64,000 bases of DNA from the human T2T-CHM13v2.0 reference genome, Homo sapiens. Both the position numbers and the translations under genes were made by a program. Shown here in pieces: positions 14,430 through 28,453 of this stretch. The number at the start of each line of letters is the position of its first letter. Positions within the stretch are counted from its first letter, which is position 1. Where the stretch lies: the NCBI RefSeq assembly GCF_009914755.1, contig NC_060947.1; one strand, written 5' to 3'. The notes under the pieces were generated by a model that did no database searches, had not been told where the DNA came from, and saw only the letters and a list, made by a program, of their open reading frames with translations.

Positions 14430-15370
14430 TCACAGGAAATATTCTAAAACAGGTTATTCATAGGATAATTTGTGAGCCTCCAGATGGGGAAATGATGATC
14501 TTAAGGAGTCACTGAGGATTCTTTTAATCAAATCATTCCAGACTAACAACTTTTTTTTCTTTGACCTGGTAGTTTGATTTTTAATCAGAGAAATTCAATA
14601 GACAGAATATATGAACTTTAGTGAAGCATTCAACAGTGATTCTCATGAGACCCCTATAAAACAAAAGGGGAAACAAGATTTGGGCTGCATAGAAAAATTA
14701 AGATGATTAGTAATTGGTTAACTGAGTTTACCTAACAACTAACGGATTAACCCCTATAGAGAAAGAAAGCTTTTTATTTGGCCCTGTTCTGGTTAACATT
14801 TTTATAGAGGACTAAGACATAGATAAAAATTGTGTTCATCAAAACTGAGAATAATATGTACTTGGGGTGATACGGGGTATGATAAGTATCAGAAACAAGT
14901 TGACAGGCTAGAATAATGGATTTAATATAAGAAGATCATATATAACAGGATAAACAAAAGGTTCTGTCCTTGTGAACTAAAATCTAGCTACAGAAGGGGT
15001 TTCAGTTGACATAACATTTAAGAAGCTTCAATATGAGAGGAATGCCGAGATGAAAAAGAGAACTGGGGATGTTTACAATGGGGAAGCCAGGATTTAGGAG
15101 CTGCGTGTATGGGAGGGCATATGTCATGTATAATCTGTATGATTCCAGGGCGTAGAAATACTTTACATAAGTGAGAGCTACAAGAAGACAGATTTGGGAT
15201 GAACTTTCCAAGTATCTGTTCTGTCCAAAGAAGGCATAAGCTGAAGGTAGTGAGTTTCCTGTCACTGTATGATACGGTAGATGACCCTTTGCCTTACAGA
15301 AAGGATGCAAATATGTTAGAGTTCAAATTGCTGAGCTTTCAAATTTATTTCAACCCCAAGAATCTATGAC
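14430..15370 (+). mobile_element. CR1/L3 LINE relic
   Basis: Degenerate RT motifs (TTTAGTGAAGCATTCAACAG, GGCCCTGTTCTGGTTAACATTTTTAT) and 3' end TTCAACCCCAAGAATCTATGA. Confidence 0.65.
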
Positions 15371-16342
15371 ATATGTGTAATTCAGTAAGTAGAAATAGAT
15401 TTTGATCTTTAACAAATTGATATATTGCTCTGTGGTTTGCTCTCATATATAAACCAGGAATAAATATATTTATTCCCTGCTTAACCCACACAAAAGGTTT
15501 ATAAATTATGCCTTCCACAGACCTCTTGATAATCCTAAGAGAGAAGCGCTAACACAATTGTAAAAATTATTACTGCCATAAGTGGCCTTGAGTTAGGAAC
15601 AAATTAATATGCGTTTTTAATATCTTTTTGTATTATTTCTCCACATTAATGACCGAACTTGTGTCAACAGCAGCCTAACAGAACCCTGGATTGATTTTCA
15701 ATTTTCCTCTGAGCAGTGATTTGGCAAAGGCTAAATCATAGTTTGGGGAAATATAGAGTTTTCATCATTGTTATTATCCTGATATTATTACAATTTCAAT
15801 TATTTGCTCTGTGGCTCAAAAGATAATGTTTTTACATTTCTGCTTTGGTATTTTTTTTTCCTATTATAGTTAATGTCTGATGTGATTCTCTTTTGATTAG
15901 ATAAAATGATCTTTAATATTTCTACTTTAAAAAATGTATTGAGGGGTTTTGTGGCTTAATACACAGAACACAATCACGGTAGCACAATCAATTGATATAG
16001 TGGTTAAGTTCTGCTTATTAGGCCACAAATATTGTGTTAGAACACAATCACTATATTAACTGATGTCTTCCAAGTGACTTTCTTTATAGATAAATACTAT
16101 ATATTATATAGTTTAACCTTTGATTCCTTCATAGCATGTGGACATGCATAGAGGGACAGCCAATCCAGAGGCCTCTGGGCCAAGTCACACTTAACGGCAA
16201 AAGCATTTTTTTCTGAGTACATCAGGATAGAGGTAATGAGATATCAAAGGAAGAATTGTATAGAACAAAGGATGCCTTGATTTTTTAAAAAAGGGGCTTG
16301 ATTGGTAACATCTAAGTTTAGGGAAAGCTTAAAGCCCTGTAA

Positions 16343-16871
<529 letters not shown>

Positions 16872-17999
16872 GACTGTCTCATTTTCATTCGTGAGCTCCA
16901 TCAAGAATAATTTAGGGGTAATTTGAGTGGGCACAGTGGGTGATTATTAGTCCCTTTTCTATGAGACTGTGACACAATGGAATTTGGAAATGAGCAGGTT
17001 AGTCTCTGACCCATTCCAAGTAACCTCTTTGCCACAAATGTTGAGATAGCAAAGTTTTCATGGTTGTAATCTTAAATAAATTAGATGATTCAAAATCTTA
17101 GTTGTTTCAACTCTGAACATTTCCAATTCCATGACTGGAAGGAGAAAATGGGCTGAGAGGGGACTTATCTATTCCATAATGTCTGTCCAGTTGGTTCCCC
17201 AAACTCCCACGGGCAACAAACACAGCACTCTGAATACCTCCCAAGGGTCACAGGAACGGGGTCTCATGATTTCAGTGTTGATGTACCTCTGAAGGGGCTC
17301 TGTTCCTCCAAGACCATTCAGCCAGAGGATGTGCGCTGATATCCAGGGAATATTGCCTTGTGTGATACTGTGGAGGCATTCTTAGCTGCTTAAATTTCCT
17401 TTTCCACTAATAGTCATTTCATCTTTGACTCCAATGTTAGATGTGTGTGAAAATAATACAGCCACCAGTCAGCCTATTTTTTCTTTTTCAGCACCAATAT
17501 AGTCATGTTCTTTGTTAAAACAAACAAACAAACAAGCAAATGGAAATTTTTTGAAGCATCCTTGACCTAGTAGCCTGTGAGGCATTAAAATATTTACAGT
17601 CTGAAAACCAGCTGTGAATCCAACATAAAATTTTCATTTTCATTAAAACACTTTATCACAGGGTGTCTTGTATCAGAACGAATCGAATATGGTCTATCTC
17701 CCTCACTGGGGTGTCATCTCCCAGAGTGCAAAGACCTTGTCTTGATACCCTTATGCCCTCCTAGCGCCTAGCACAGGTCCTATAACCATCCCTTACATAT
17801 TTTTGAGTTACATTTAAACAAAAGTGAATTTCACTTGTTTACTAGTTCATCGGAACCCACATTTAGATTATATAATGAACATGCATTTTGGTTAATTTGC
17901 TGATTTCCCTTATTCTATGCATTTTAAAAAATAATGGAAACATAGGAAGTAAAATAGCCAATCATCCTCGTTTAAACAAAGCTGACTGAACACTCTGTA

Positions 18000-18041
18000 C
18001 TGCCATCTAGTGGGGGGAAAGGCTCTGCGGCCATCTAGTGT
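18000..18041 (-). promoter_or_regulatory. Tandem CTCF motif pair
   Basis: CTGCCATCTAGTGG (18000-18013; reverse CCACTAGATGGCAG, the CTCF core) and a weaker CGGCCATCTAGTGT (18028-18041). Confidence 0.75.
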
Positions 18042-18377
18042 ATTCCCGTTTGGAGGAACACACTGCTTAGAACAATGTCAGATCGGATCGTAGTTGAGGG
18101 GATGGGAGCGGGACACAGTGGAGGATATGTGTTTTCCCCTGATTAGCCTCCAGCTGCCTAGGGTGGTTGCCTCTTTGCCCTTGGCATAAAAGCAGAGGAA
18201 GCCTTCTTTGTGGTTTTGTGAACAAGCACCTTATCATAAACTCTGAGCAGTGTTCTTGGCTGTGTTTCTGTTTGTGGGCTAGTAATTTAGGCTGTGGGAT
18301 ATTCCCATCAGAACAATGCAGCTTTTAGAGGAGAAAAGTCACGATGTTATTAGCATAAGTGCTACACATGCTCGAGG

Positions 18378-18380
18378 GCG

Positions 18381-18425
<45 letters not shown>
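18378..18425. repeat. (GC)6(AC)18 compound microsatellite
   Basis: 48 bp of uninterrupted purine-pyrimidine alternation. Confidence 0.97.
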
Positions 18426-18429
<4 letters not shown>

Positions 18430-19479
18430 TCGTTTCACTTTCTTCCTAATTCTTGGTCCTGTCGTCTTCCTTAGCAGCCCTGCCGTAGCTGTACTGCACT
18501 GTGGCTCAAGATGCAGTGTCCTTAAATACAAAGCTGCATTTGGCCCTGCAGGAGGGGAGCCCGGGACTCCCTGGCTCAGCCTCTGATGATGACTGCTGGG
18601 GCTTTTCATCCAACTTGACTTTATTTATTCATAAGCAGGGCTGACAGTCAAAGTTCTGAGGCCCCTGAACCGGCCAGATCCCTCCTCCCTTTCGTTTACT
18701 TTTATTTCTTTGATTTTTTTTCTCCTCTCATCTCTGCCTTGTCAGTTCTCTGAAAAGAGCCCGTGAGCTCCTTGTGGCATCTTTTTCTTCCCCTAAACAC
18801 ACAGCAACACACACAAGCAGATATGCACAATTGAAGGCTCTGGCTTAGATCCCAGTTGGAAAACGGCTCTTGAGGAAATCAGAGAAAAGCCACTTCAGTC
18901 ACACACAGAGAGAATCCCAGGATACTGGCCTGACAGGTAGGCTGAGCCGACACTGGGCCATTTGGTGTGAGTTGAAGAATGAGGCAAATCTCCCAACCAC
19001 GCATCCTATAATAGCTCCCCAGTTGGCTCTTGAAACTCCCATATAAATACAGAAAGATCATGATTTCCAAACAAGAAATTAGGACTCATGTCTGATGGGT
19101 TATCAGAAAAACGGGGTGGAGCTGTTTGGCCAAATCTGGGATGAATGATCACTCAGAGGTTTCATCTCTTATTCCAGCTGAGATCAAAGACAGAGGCTGC
19201 TAACTTAGAACACTATTGAGAAGAATTCTGGGGCCACATCTGGGTTTAGTAGGGGAAGAATGCAAGAATATATTAGGAAGAGCTGAGATAGTCATGCATG
19301 AACTAGTGAAAGCATCGCAATATTGGCTTTACATGCAAATGGCTTCTTAGAGGGCTAACAGTGAAATGCCATTAGCTGTTAACTTCCCGGCACAAATTAA
19401 ATTATGACATTAGCTGCCCATCACAAGGCTCTAAGTGAATGGGTCACAGAATAGGGGAAGTTGTTTCTATGGCTTATTC

Positions 19480-20160
19480 TTTTTAAAATTGAAGTAAAAT
19501 TCATATAACATAAAATTAACCATTTAAACCATTTTAAATTATACAATTCAGTGGCTTTTCATACATTCAGAAGACTGTGCAACCATCACCACTATCTAAT
19601 TCCAGAATCATTTCATCACTCCAGAAAGAAATCCTGTACCCATTAAACAGTCACTCCCAATTCTCCCCTCCCCTCAGCCCTTGGCAACCACTGATTTCCT
19701 CTCTGTCTCTATGGATTTGCCTATTCTGGACATTGCCTATAAATTGAATCATATGTGTCTTTTTGTGTTTGGCTTTTTTTTTCACTGAGCACAATGTTTT
19801 CAAGGTTTACCTATGTTGTAGTATGTATCAGCACTTAATTCCTTTTTATGGCTGAATAATATTCCACTGTATGGATAGAATATATTTTGTTTATCCATTC
19901 ATTGGTTGACGAACAACATTTGGGTTGTTTCTACCTTTTGGCTATTATGAATAGTGCTGCTATGAGCATTCATATACAAGTTTTTTTAAAAAAATAGATT
20001 TTGTCTCACCATGGTCCCCAGGCTCATCTTGAACCCCTGGCCTCAAGCAATCCTCCTGCCTCAGCCTCCCAAAGTGCTTGGATTATGGGCGTGAGCCACT
20101 ATGTCCATCCCACATAGAAGTTTTTGTTTGAACACTTGTTTTCAATTCTCTTGGGTGAAT
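19480..20160 (-). mobile_element. L1MB-like 3' fragment with nested Alu monomer (~19982-20110)
   Basis: Typical reverse L1 3'UTR (GGCAACCACTGAT...CCTATTCTGGACATT...GGCTGAATAATATTCCA). Confidence 0.85.
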
Positions 20161-20230
20161 AGGCGAGGGTATTTTTTGGCCACCTTTGGTGAAGACAGAT
20201 CCATTTGAAACTGATAGGTGAGTTTTGCTA

Positions 20231-20553
<323 letters not shown>

Positions 20554-22668
20554 GCAGGTGCTTGGGTGCAGCCTGGATGAGGCATGAAAGTGAGAAAGAG
20601 TGTGGCAGAACACCCTGGGCCCGCTGTGGAATCCTAAGGGCAAAGGGTCTCTGGAAAGGAGGTGAGGAGAGATAGAGAAGATGGTGCCAAAATAAGATAG
20701 TAATGACCTTGAGCTTAATGGCTAGGAGAATGGGTTGGTGCAGAATTTACAAAATGGCTGCTAATATTTCCTTTTTTATAAGGAAGGGAAAAATCTATGG
20801 TGGAGATGAAAAGGTGGGTTAGGGGAGGGCCAAAGTAAAGTAAAAATTTTTCTGGTTTTGGCTGTGTCTTACCAGCATGTTGTTAATAGATGCTGTTTTG
20901 GCAGAAAGAAGAAAAGCTTGTTTAGCTGCATGTAATGCAAGATGACAAAATTGCTAGAGAAAATTTTAGCATAACAAATTAAAGAAAGGGATTCACTTAT
21001 TATGAGAATACTGCTGTGCATTTCTATAGTGATGGACTTCTAAAGCATATTCTTGTCTATAAGCTCATTAGGATAAATGAATCAGATAGAGCAGGTATTA
21101 TTTTCTGTCATTTGAGAAATAAGAAAATGAAGGCACCCAGCACCGCTCCTGATGAGTAGTAGGTATTCAGTCAGTATTTGCTAAATAAATGAAGCAGAGT
21201 CATATCAAGTTAAAGAATATCAGAGCTTGGAGGGTCTTTGAGATCATCCAGAAGCCCTCTTCCCACCTCAGTTTTGGAGAAGGAATGTCAGAGCAGATTG
21301 GGGAAATTTTGGGCTTAAATCCAAGGTCAATTGGTCAGGGAGTGAAGGACACAAGTCAGTAGTGTGTCCTTTGTCTCAGTACAGAGTGTCAGCATATCAA
21401 CTATAATGCCGGGTGGTGATTTGTGCTCTTGTCTGTCTCTACCACTGAGCCACACGCTTCTGGGGCCAGAGCTTGTGTCTGATTCATCTTCGAATACCCA
21501 GGATGTTGCAGCACAGTTGATGAAACTTGTATGGATGAACAGGAATGGAAGCTCTGTGTTATTACTGTGTCTCTGCTCCTTCTTCTCACTTTGCCATAGC
21601 TTTTAGTGGCAGATACAAAACTCAACCATAATTTCCAGGCTCCAGGAATCTTTTCCCTATACCCTAGTGTCTACATTCATCAAAGTAGGTGACACAAGAT
21701 GTACTCATAGAGTGCAGACTGCAAAAGATGTACCTGGCAGGTTGCTTTGGACTTGTTAGGCCCCCTGGGATAATCTCTACTGTACTGTTATTACGGAAGT
21801 ATCTAGAAGGTGAGAGAAAGAGGACATTTTCCTTAGTTCAAAGCCCAATGCCAATCTAGCTACCTTAGGTAGAATCTCAAGTGTATCTTGCACACCAGAA
21901 AATTCCTTCCTGGCCGGGCGTGGTGGCTCACGCCTCAGTCCTCTGAGGTGGCATCTTCTGCGCAAAGGGGCTCAGCTAGATATGTGTGGAGGGCCATGGC
22001 TGTGCTGGTTGGAATGAAGAAGGATTGTACTTGAGATGATAGTACAGGAGGGAACCAATGCAGAATATGATGATGGCACCAGCAAGGTGCTGAAGTTCCC
22101 AGCACAGCATGCCCATGGGAGTGGGTGGGAGGCTGTCAGGTGGGAAGAGGATGCTGTATTGTCAAAGTTGGCTTCTGTAATGGCTGAGGTTTGGTTATTC
22201 TTTACAGTGGGAGATAGAAGAGGAACTTGGCTTTCAAAGTTGTCTCTCTGTATTTTGAAACAGGATATATATGGGAGCTTCTAAGAGAGAATACTCAGCT
22301 AGCCTGGCGGCTGGCAAAGAGCTGTCAGAGAATGATGCAGGTGAGTTGAGCCCTGGCAGAGGGGTGGACTGGCAAGGGTCATCCTGTCAGATCTTCAGGC
22401 CAGAGGTCGCAGCTAGGAACTTTCTCGAATCGTCACTGAGGATCACATCAGAGAGAATGAGAAATGACAGTGGGATGGAACCTTATAAGTAAACCTTGTT
22501 TAGTTCCTGTCTTACCGTAAGCCACTGTTTTATGACAGTGTTTTGTCACACTTCAGACAGACCACAGCTTCTCCTTTTTCTCAAACTGAGATATGAGATG
22601 GGAATGAATCTCTCTCTCTCTTTCTCATCATCCCCTTCACACCCCCTTCCCATGGCCTTCACACTCAC

Positions 22669-22933
22669 CTGCACCAGGTCCGGCGTGAGGCGCTTGGCCT
22701 GCAGCCATTTCTGGAACCTCTCTGTTTTCCGCAGGACACGCTCAATGCTGCAGGTCTTTGGGGCTGATGCAGAGGCACAGATTCTCCTGTCTGAGATCTC
22801 GTTTTGATATTTGCTGACCAGTCTAAAGATCTCCACAGGGCGCCAGATTTTGGAATCATCTGAGTAATTTGCAGGATAAGAAAGCAAGGAATCGGGAGGC
22901 AGTCCAAGGTGGGAAGCCAGCCAGTTGTCAGAT
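22669..22933 (-). CDS. DIPK2B: DIPK2B coding exon 2
   Basis: Acceptor ...tattcttccaacag|ATCTGAC and donor CAG|GTGAGT. The 265-nt exon completes the split Arg codon (AG|A) and reads SDNWLASHLGLPPDSLLSYPANYSDDSKIWRPVEIF...KRLTPDLVQ, including an N-Y-S sequon. Confidence 0.96.
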
Positions 22934-23670
22934 CTGTTGGAAGAATAGCCCTTTGAGGATTGGCCTGTGAGCTGGAGGCTCACAGAGCCCAGGGACAGGA
23001 AGACAGGGGACAATAGCCCAACTGATCCATTTCTCCTACTTAGACTGAGGTGTTCGAAATTCTTTCTGTGAGAGGACTATTTTTGCTTCTTCAAACTTAC
23101 GGTAGTGTATATGTCATATCAGAAAAGGTGAGGGAGGTGTGAGTCACGCACAAACATTATCCTCTTCATACAACTGGCACAGAAAGACTAGCCATAGCTC
23201 TCTGAACTTTTACTCCCTGTAAAGATAGCAGCTTTACATACACTGACATTTTTGATTCCCCTAATCCCCAATTTCCACTTTACAAGGGTGGAAACTCAGG
23301 CTTATAGAGCTTAAGTACCTTGGCCAAGGTCAGACAATATGTTGCCAATCAGAGGTGCGGACCCCGGGCTGTCAGTCAGCAAACCCCAGTATCTCTCCCT
23401 TTCCCTACACTGATTCCCCAAACTGCTTACCCTCTGACCAATGGCTGGGTCTTGGAACCACAGAGGTTCTTGAAGAGGCTCTTGGGCCTGCACTAGGGAG
23501 ACCACTCTACCTCCATACCCAACCCCAAGCAGCCCCATTAGTCTAAAAATTTAAGTCTTCAGCACCAACAAAGTCTCAGGCAAGAGTGACTACTAAATGG
23601 TCATCAACTTGGAAGCTACCTGGGCTCCAGGAGGTGTGTGATTCTACATGATGGCCTGGCCAGTCCTTAA

Positions 23671-24027
<357 letters not shown>

Positions 24028-25173
24028 TAGGCCCCACAGTTATGTTTTCTCCATAGTCATTTATCCAGCTGTGTGCTGATATTTCCGTTAGGGAAGAATG
24101 TTAAATCTCTTTTTGATTTGTGTATGAAAAACTACTCAGAAAAAGTTTACCTTCATTATTATTAACAATTGAAGGTCATACTGCAAATGAAAATCAGGCA
24201 GCATGTGACATGTTATATATTTAATTTAAATAAGAATATTTAAATTCTTATTATTGGGCATTATTGGGCCACCCCATGATAATGAGTTTTGGATAATGCG
24301 TTTTGGAAGAATTAGCATTTTGATTAGACCCAAACCCTAGACTGTGTTGTTTTTTTCTCTTACCTGACACAACTTTACCCTAAGAGACTGCAAGCTTTTC
24401 CTACTGTTTTGATGGCAAAGAAAGTCACACAAAAAAATTACAAGGGCAAAGAGGTCAAGGGACCTGTCCAGGAAACTGGACAGCCCAGGCCTCTGAATCC
24501 TTGAGTTATGCACTAGAGCTCCAGCCTCTCACATCTGGGAAGGTGCGCCAGTGGAAACTGTCAGAGAGCAACTTCTGCAATGCAGGACAATGCAAATTGC
24601 AATGGAAGTAGGCACAAAGGATTCTGTACAAGAACACTGGCATCAATGTATTTAAAAAGATGAAACAGTGTAACATTGTAATGAGTCCATTTTACTGGAA
24701 GTTTCAGGACAACTATGGGAAAAGATCCTCCCCTCTAGGTGGATAAGGAAGGGCCCAGGACCCAGAGACTGGCCTGTCTGCCTGTATCCTGCAGCTGCTC
24801 CTGCTCATGGAGTTTCAAACCCACCCCTACTCCCCACCCCCACTCCCCGGCCACTAAAGGGACTGGAGCTGGAAAGTTATCACTAGGTGGCTCTTTTAGA
24901 TAACGATAAGAGTAACACGCATTTGTGAAACACTTAAGTGTGCCAGTCACTTTACTAAACACTTTATATGTACAGATTCATTTAATTGTTTCAATAAACC
25001 TATGAGGCTGATACTATTGTTAACATACAGATGAGGAAACTGAGGCACAGAGTGATTATGTCATTTGCCCAAGGTCACATGACCAAGAATTGGAGGAAGT
25101 GGCATTCAAGGCTCCAGGGCTTGCAGTGGGGACACCACTGGACCTCCATACCCAACCCCAAGGAACCCATTAA

Positions 25174-25471
<298 letters not shown>

Positions 25472-26615
25472 TAATCTTCATTTTGTTTCCTTCACCACTT
25501 TGTGGTTGCTTATTCCTTTATCACCCATTTTATGAATTAGCTCATAGAAACAGATTGGTAACATTATTAGGGGTTATAGGTGGCAGGATCCTTGAAGATT
25601 ATTTTGTCCCTTCCCCATCTTGTTTTGAGGATGAGAAAATTGAAAAGAGAATTGAAAAGGATGAGAAAATTGAAAAGATAAAATTGAAAGCAGAATATAT
25701 ATGTGACCTTTCTGAAGACTCACAGACAATTAGTGGTAGAGGAGGGCAGGTCTCAGGGCTCCTGTTCTCCCAGTTGGTGGGGGTGGTGTGGGAAGAGATT
25801 TCTTGCCCTGTGAGACAAGTTCATTGTCCTTTTTTTCTGTCCCCACCTCCTAAGGAGGCTCCGCTGAGACGACAGCACTGCCTTGGCAGATGACTTGTAA
25901 TGAGTGCCTGGGCAGGTTCAGTGATGGCTTGAGGCATTCCATAAGGACTAATTGAGACAAACAAGATTGCAGGATGCACTTCTCCCCTTATTCAAAATGG
26001 TAATAAATTTATTGCATTGAATGGGAAAAATGTATACTCTTACAGTGTTGACTACCTACTTTATTAAATAGAAGAATGTCAGTGAGAAAATGTCAGTGCT
26101 TTTTATTCACTAAAATGTTACTATCCTGGAATTTGGACAACCACAAAACAGAGACAGCATTCTCATCTTCCTTCTAAATTGAGATCATGGGCCTGACTGA
26201 AGTGAGGCTGGCCAAGTTCCTGATTGTGTTGAAAGATGGACAAGCAGAATTACAGTTTCTCAGAGCTGGAAAAAAGCAACAAGGCCATGTGGTCCAATCC
26301 CCCCAAGTCCCTCAACATAGGGTGGGGGTGTAGAGGAGAGCAACAGCTTTGGAATTAGAATAAAATGCCCTCTTCTCGTGCATTCTTCTCATGCTTGCAT
26401 CTGGTCAAACATAAAGCCTGTAGATATGCCTTTCTAAATAGTTTTTCCTCCCTTCCCTCTTCTTCATCCCATAGCTCTGCACTGAACCTTTAACCCATTT
26501 AGTACCTTTCCAAAGCTCTCAGGCTACAGTTCATGCTCCTTAATTTAACTTAGAGCTTAAACTTAGTTAAGCTTAGAGCTCCTTAGTTAAGCTTAGAGCT
26601 TGGTTCACAATGCTC

Positions 26616-26661
26616 TGCCTGCTGCATTGCCTGCTGCATTGCCTGCTGCATTGCCTGCTGC
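26616..26661. repeat. 12-bp tandem repeat (TGCCTGCTGCAT)x3.8
   Basis: Read directly; preceded by a duplicated TTAGTTAAGCTTAGAGCT. Confidence 0.9.
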
Positions 26662-27069
26662 TCTTCTTACAAGTTTGCTTTGGTCTCACCAAACCACTGA
26701 CTATCCTTGGATAAACCACATTCTTTCAGGCCTCTGAGGTTCCAATCACCTGTCATATGCTGACACCTTTGTCTGAGACAGTTTCTTCCTCTTTCTTGTC
26801 TGGAAAATCCCAATGTAGCCCTTTAAAATCCAGATGGATAGCACCTCTTTGGAACTCACTCCCTCATCCCCCAGTTGGGACCTTCCCACACACTCCCATG
26901 ATACCCTGTGTAAGACATTTAAAAATATTTCCTATACTCTATTTTAACCACTGATTTACTTCTTTGTCTTCCTAATAGAAAGTAAACTCCTTCAGAGCAA
27001 AGATTTGACCTCTTTTAACTTTGTAACTCAGTGTTCAGCAGAGTACCAAGTTAGTGCTCAATACTTTAC

Positions 27070-27270
27070 AGGTGGATGGATGGATGGGTATTTAGATGTA
27101 TAGATAGATAAGGGAGTAGAGAGATGCATGGAGGGCTGGATGGTGGGATGCACAGTGTGATGGTTGGGTAGAAGAATGCATGGAGGGTCACCTGAATGAA
27201 TGGGTGGATGGATGGTGGATGGATGGGTGCATGGATTCATATAAGGCTGACTGAACGTGTAGATGGATGC
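27070..27270. repeat. Degenerate (TGGA)n tract at the end of an L2 fragment
   Basis: Repeated GGATGGAT units following an L2-type 3' end. Confidence 0.75.
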
Positions 27271-28143
27271 TTTTGTCATAAGCTCTTGAGCCCTGTATTT
27301 CCCAAGGCCCCTGAGTTGATGTGAAGAAGTGAGTTAAGACAGTAATTATTGTCAACTTCTGAGGGCAAGGAGACAGACAAGAGACAAGGGAGAAGGGAAG
27401 GCAAAATCAGGCCTCACGATTTAGTTATTTTACTGTGAGCCCTCCACTGCTCAGTTGGAAGTGTTTAAACATTTTTTTTAGACTTTGATAGTGGAGGTGG
27501 TACATAAGACCAAGTGTGTCTAGTAAGGAAGGTGAGATTAAAGCATTAGCCCTGGTAAGAGCCTAGGAACTCCTAGGAATTATTGTGATTAGAGGTACTG
27601 CCACTATTTACTCTCCACCCCCACACCCTGCACGCACAATACTGACCAACCAGATCATGGGAGAATCTTACCAATTGATGTGACTTCTCAGGGTTTCATA
27701 TATAGGTATATTGTCAGTAAGAAGAGTATGGCAATCAGACTTACTCATTTCCCTAGCTTCCCTTAACTTTTCATTCAGGATTTAAAAGTCAACATGGAAT
27801 GCATGGGAAAATTAGTAATGAAAACATTCATAATTTTAAAGGTCAATGGTTGAGTATGGGCAGTATGTGATTCATCCTTAGCATTCTTGCCAAAGGAAAG
27901 ATAAAGGAAAAAAGGAGAGGTGATGTCCATCTGCTAATCATGTGTGTTCAGCATATCCAGCCAGCCTGGGATACCCATCTACGATTTGTTGCTGAACAGA
28001 TGCAAGCATTGTCCAGTCCTTAGTGAGGACTAGGACCTGGCTGTAGCATTTCAACCAAACAACTGAGAGTTTTGGATGGGCTTTCCCCTAAGATGTCATA
28101 GTAATCACCTTTTTTTTTTTTTGAGAGAGAGTCTTTCTCCTAA

Positions 28144-28453
<310 letters not shown>

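Noticed and set aside
22546-22668. Open frame continuing 40 codons past exon 2
   Set aside because: A consensus CAG|GTGAGT donor lies at 22669, the read-through is low-complexity, and nothing supports intron retention.
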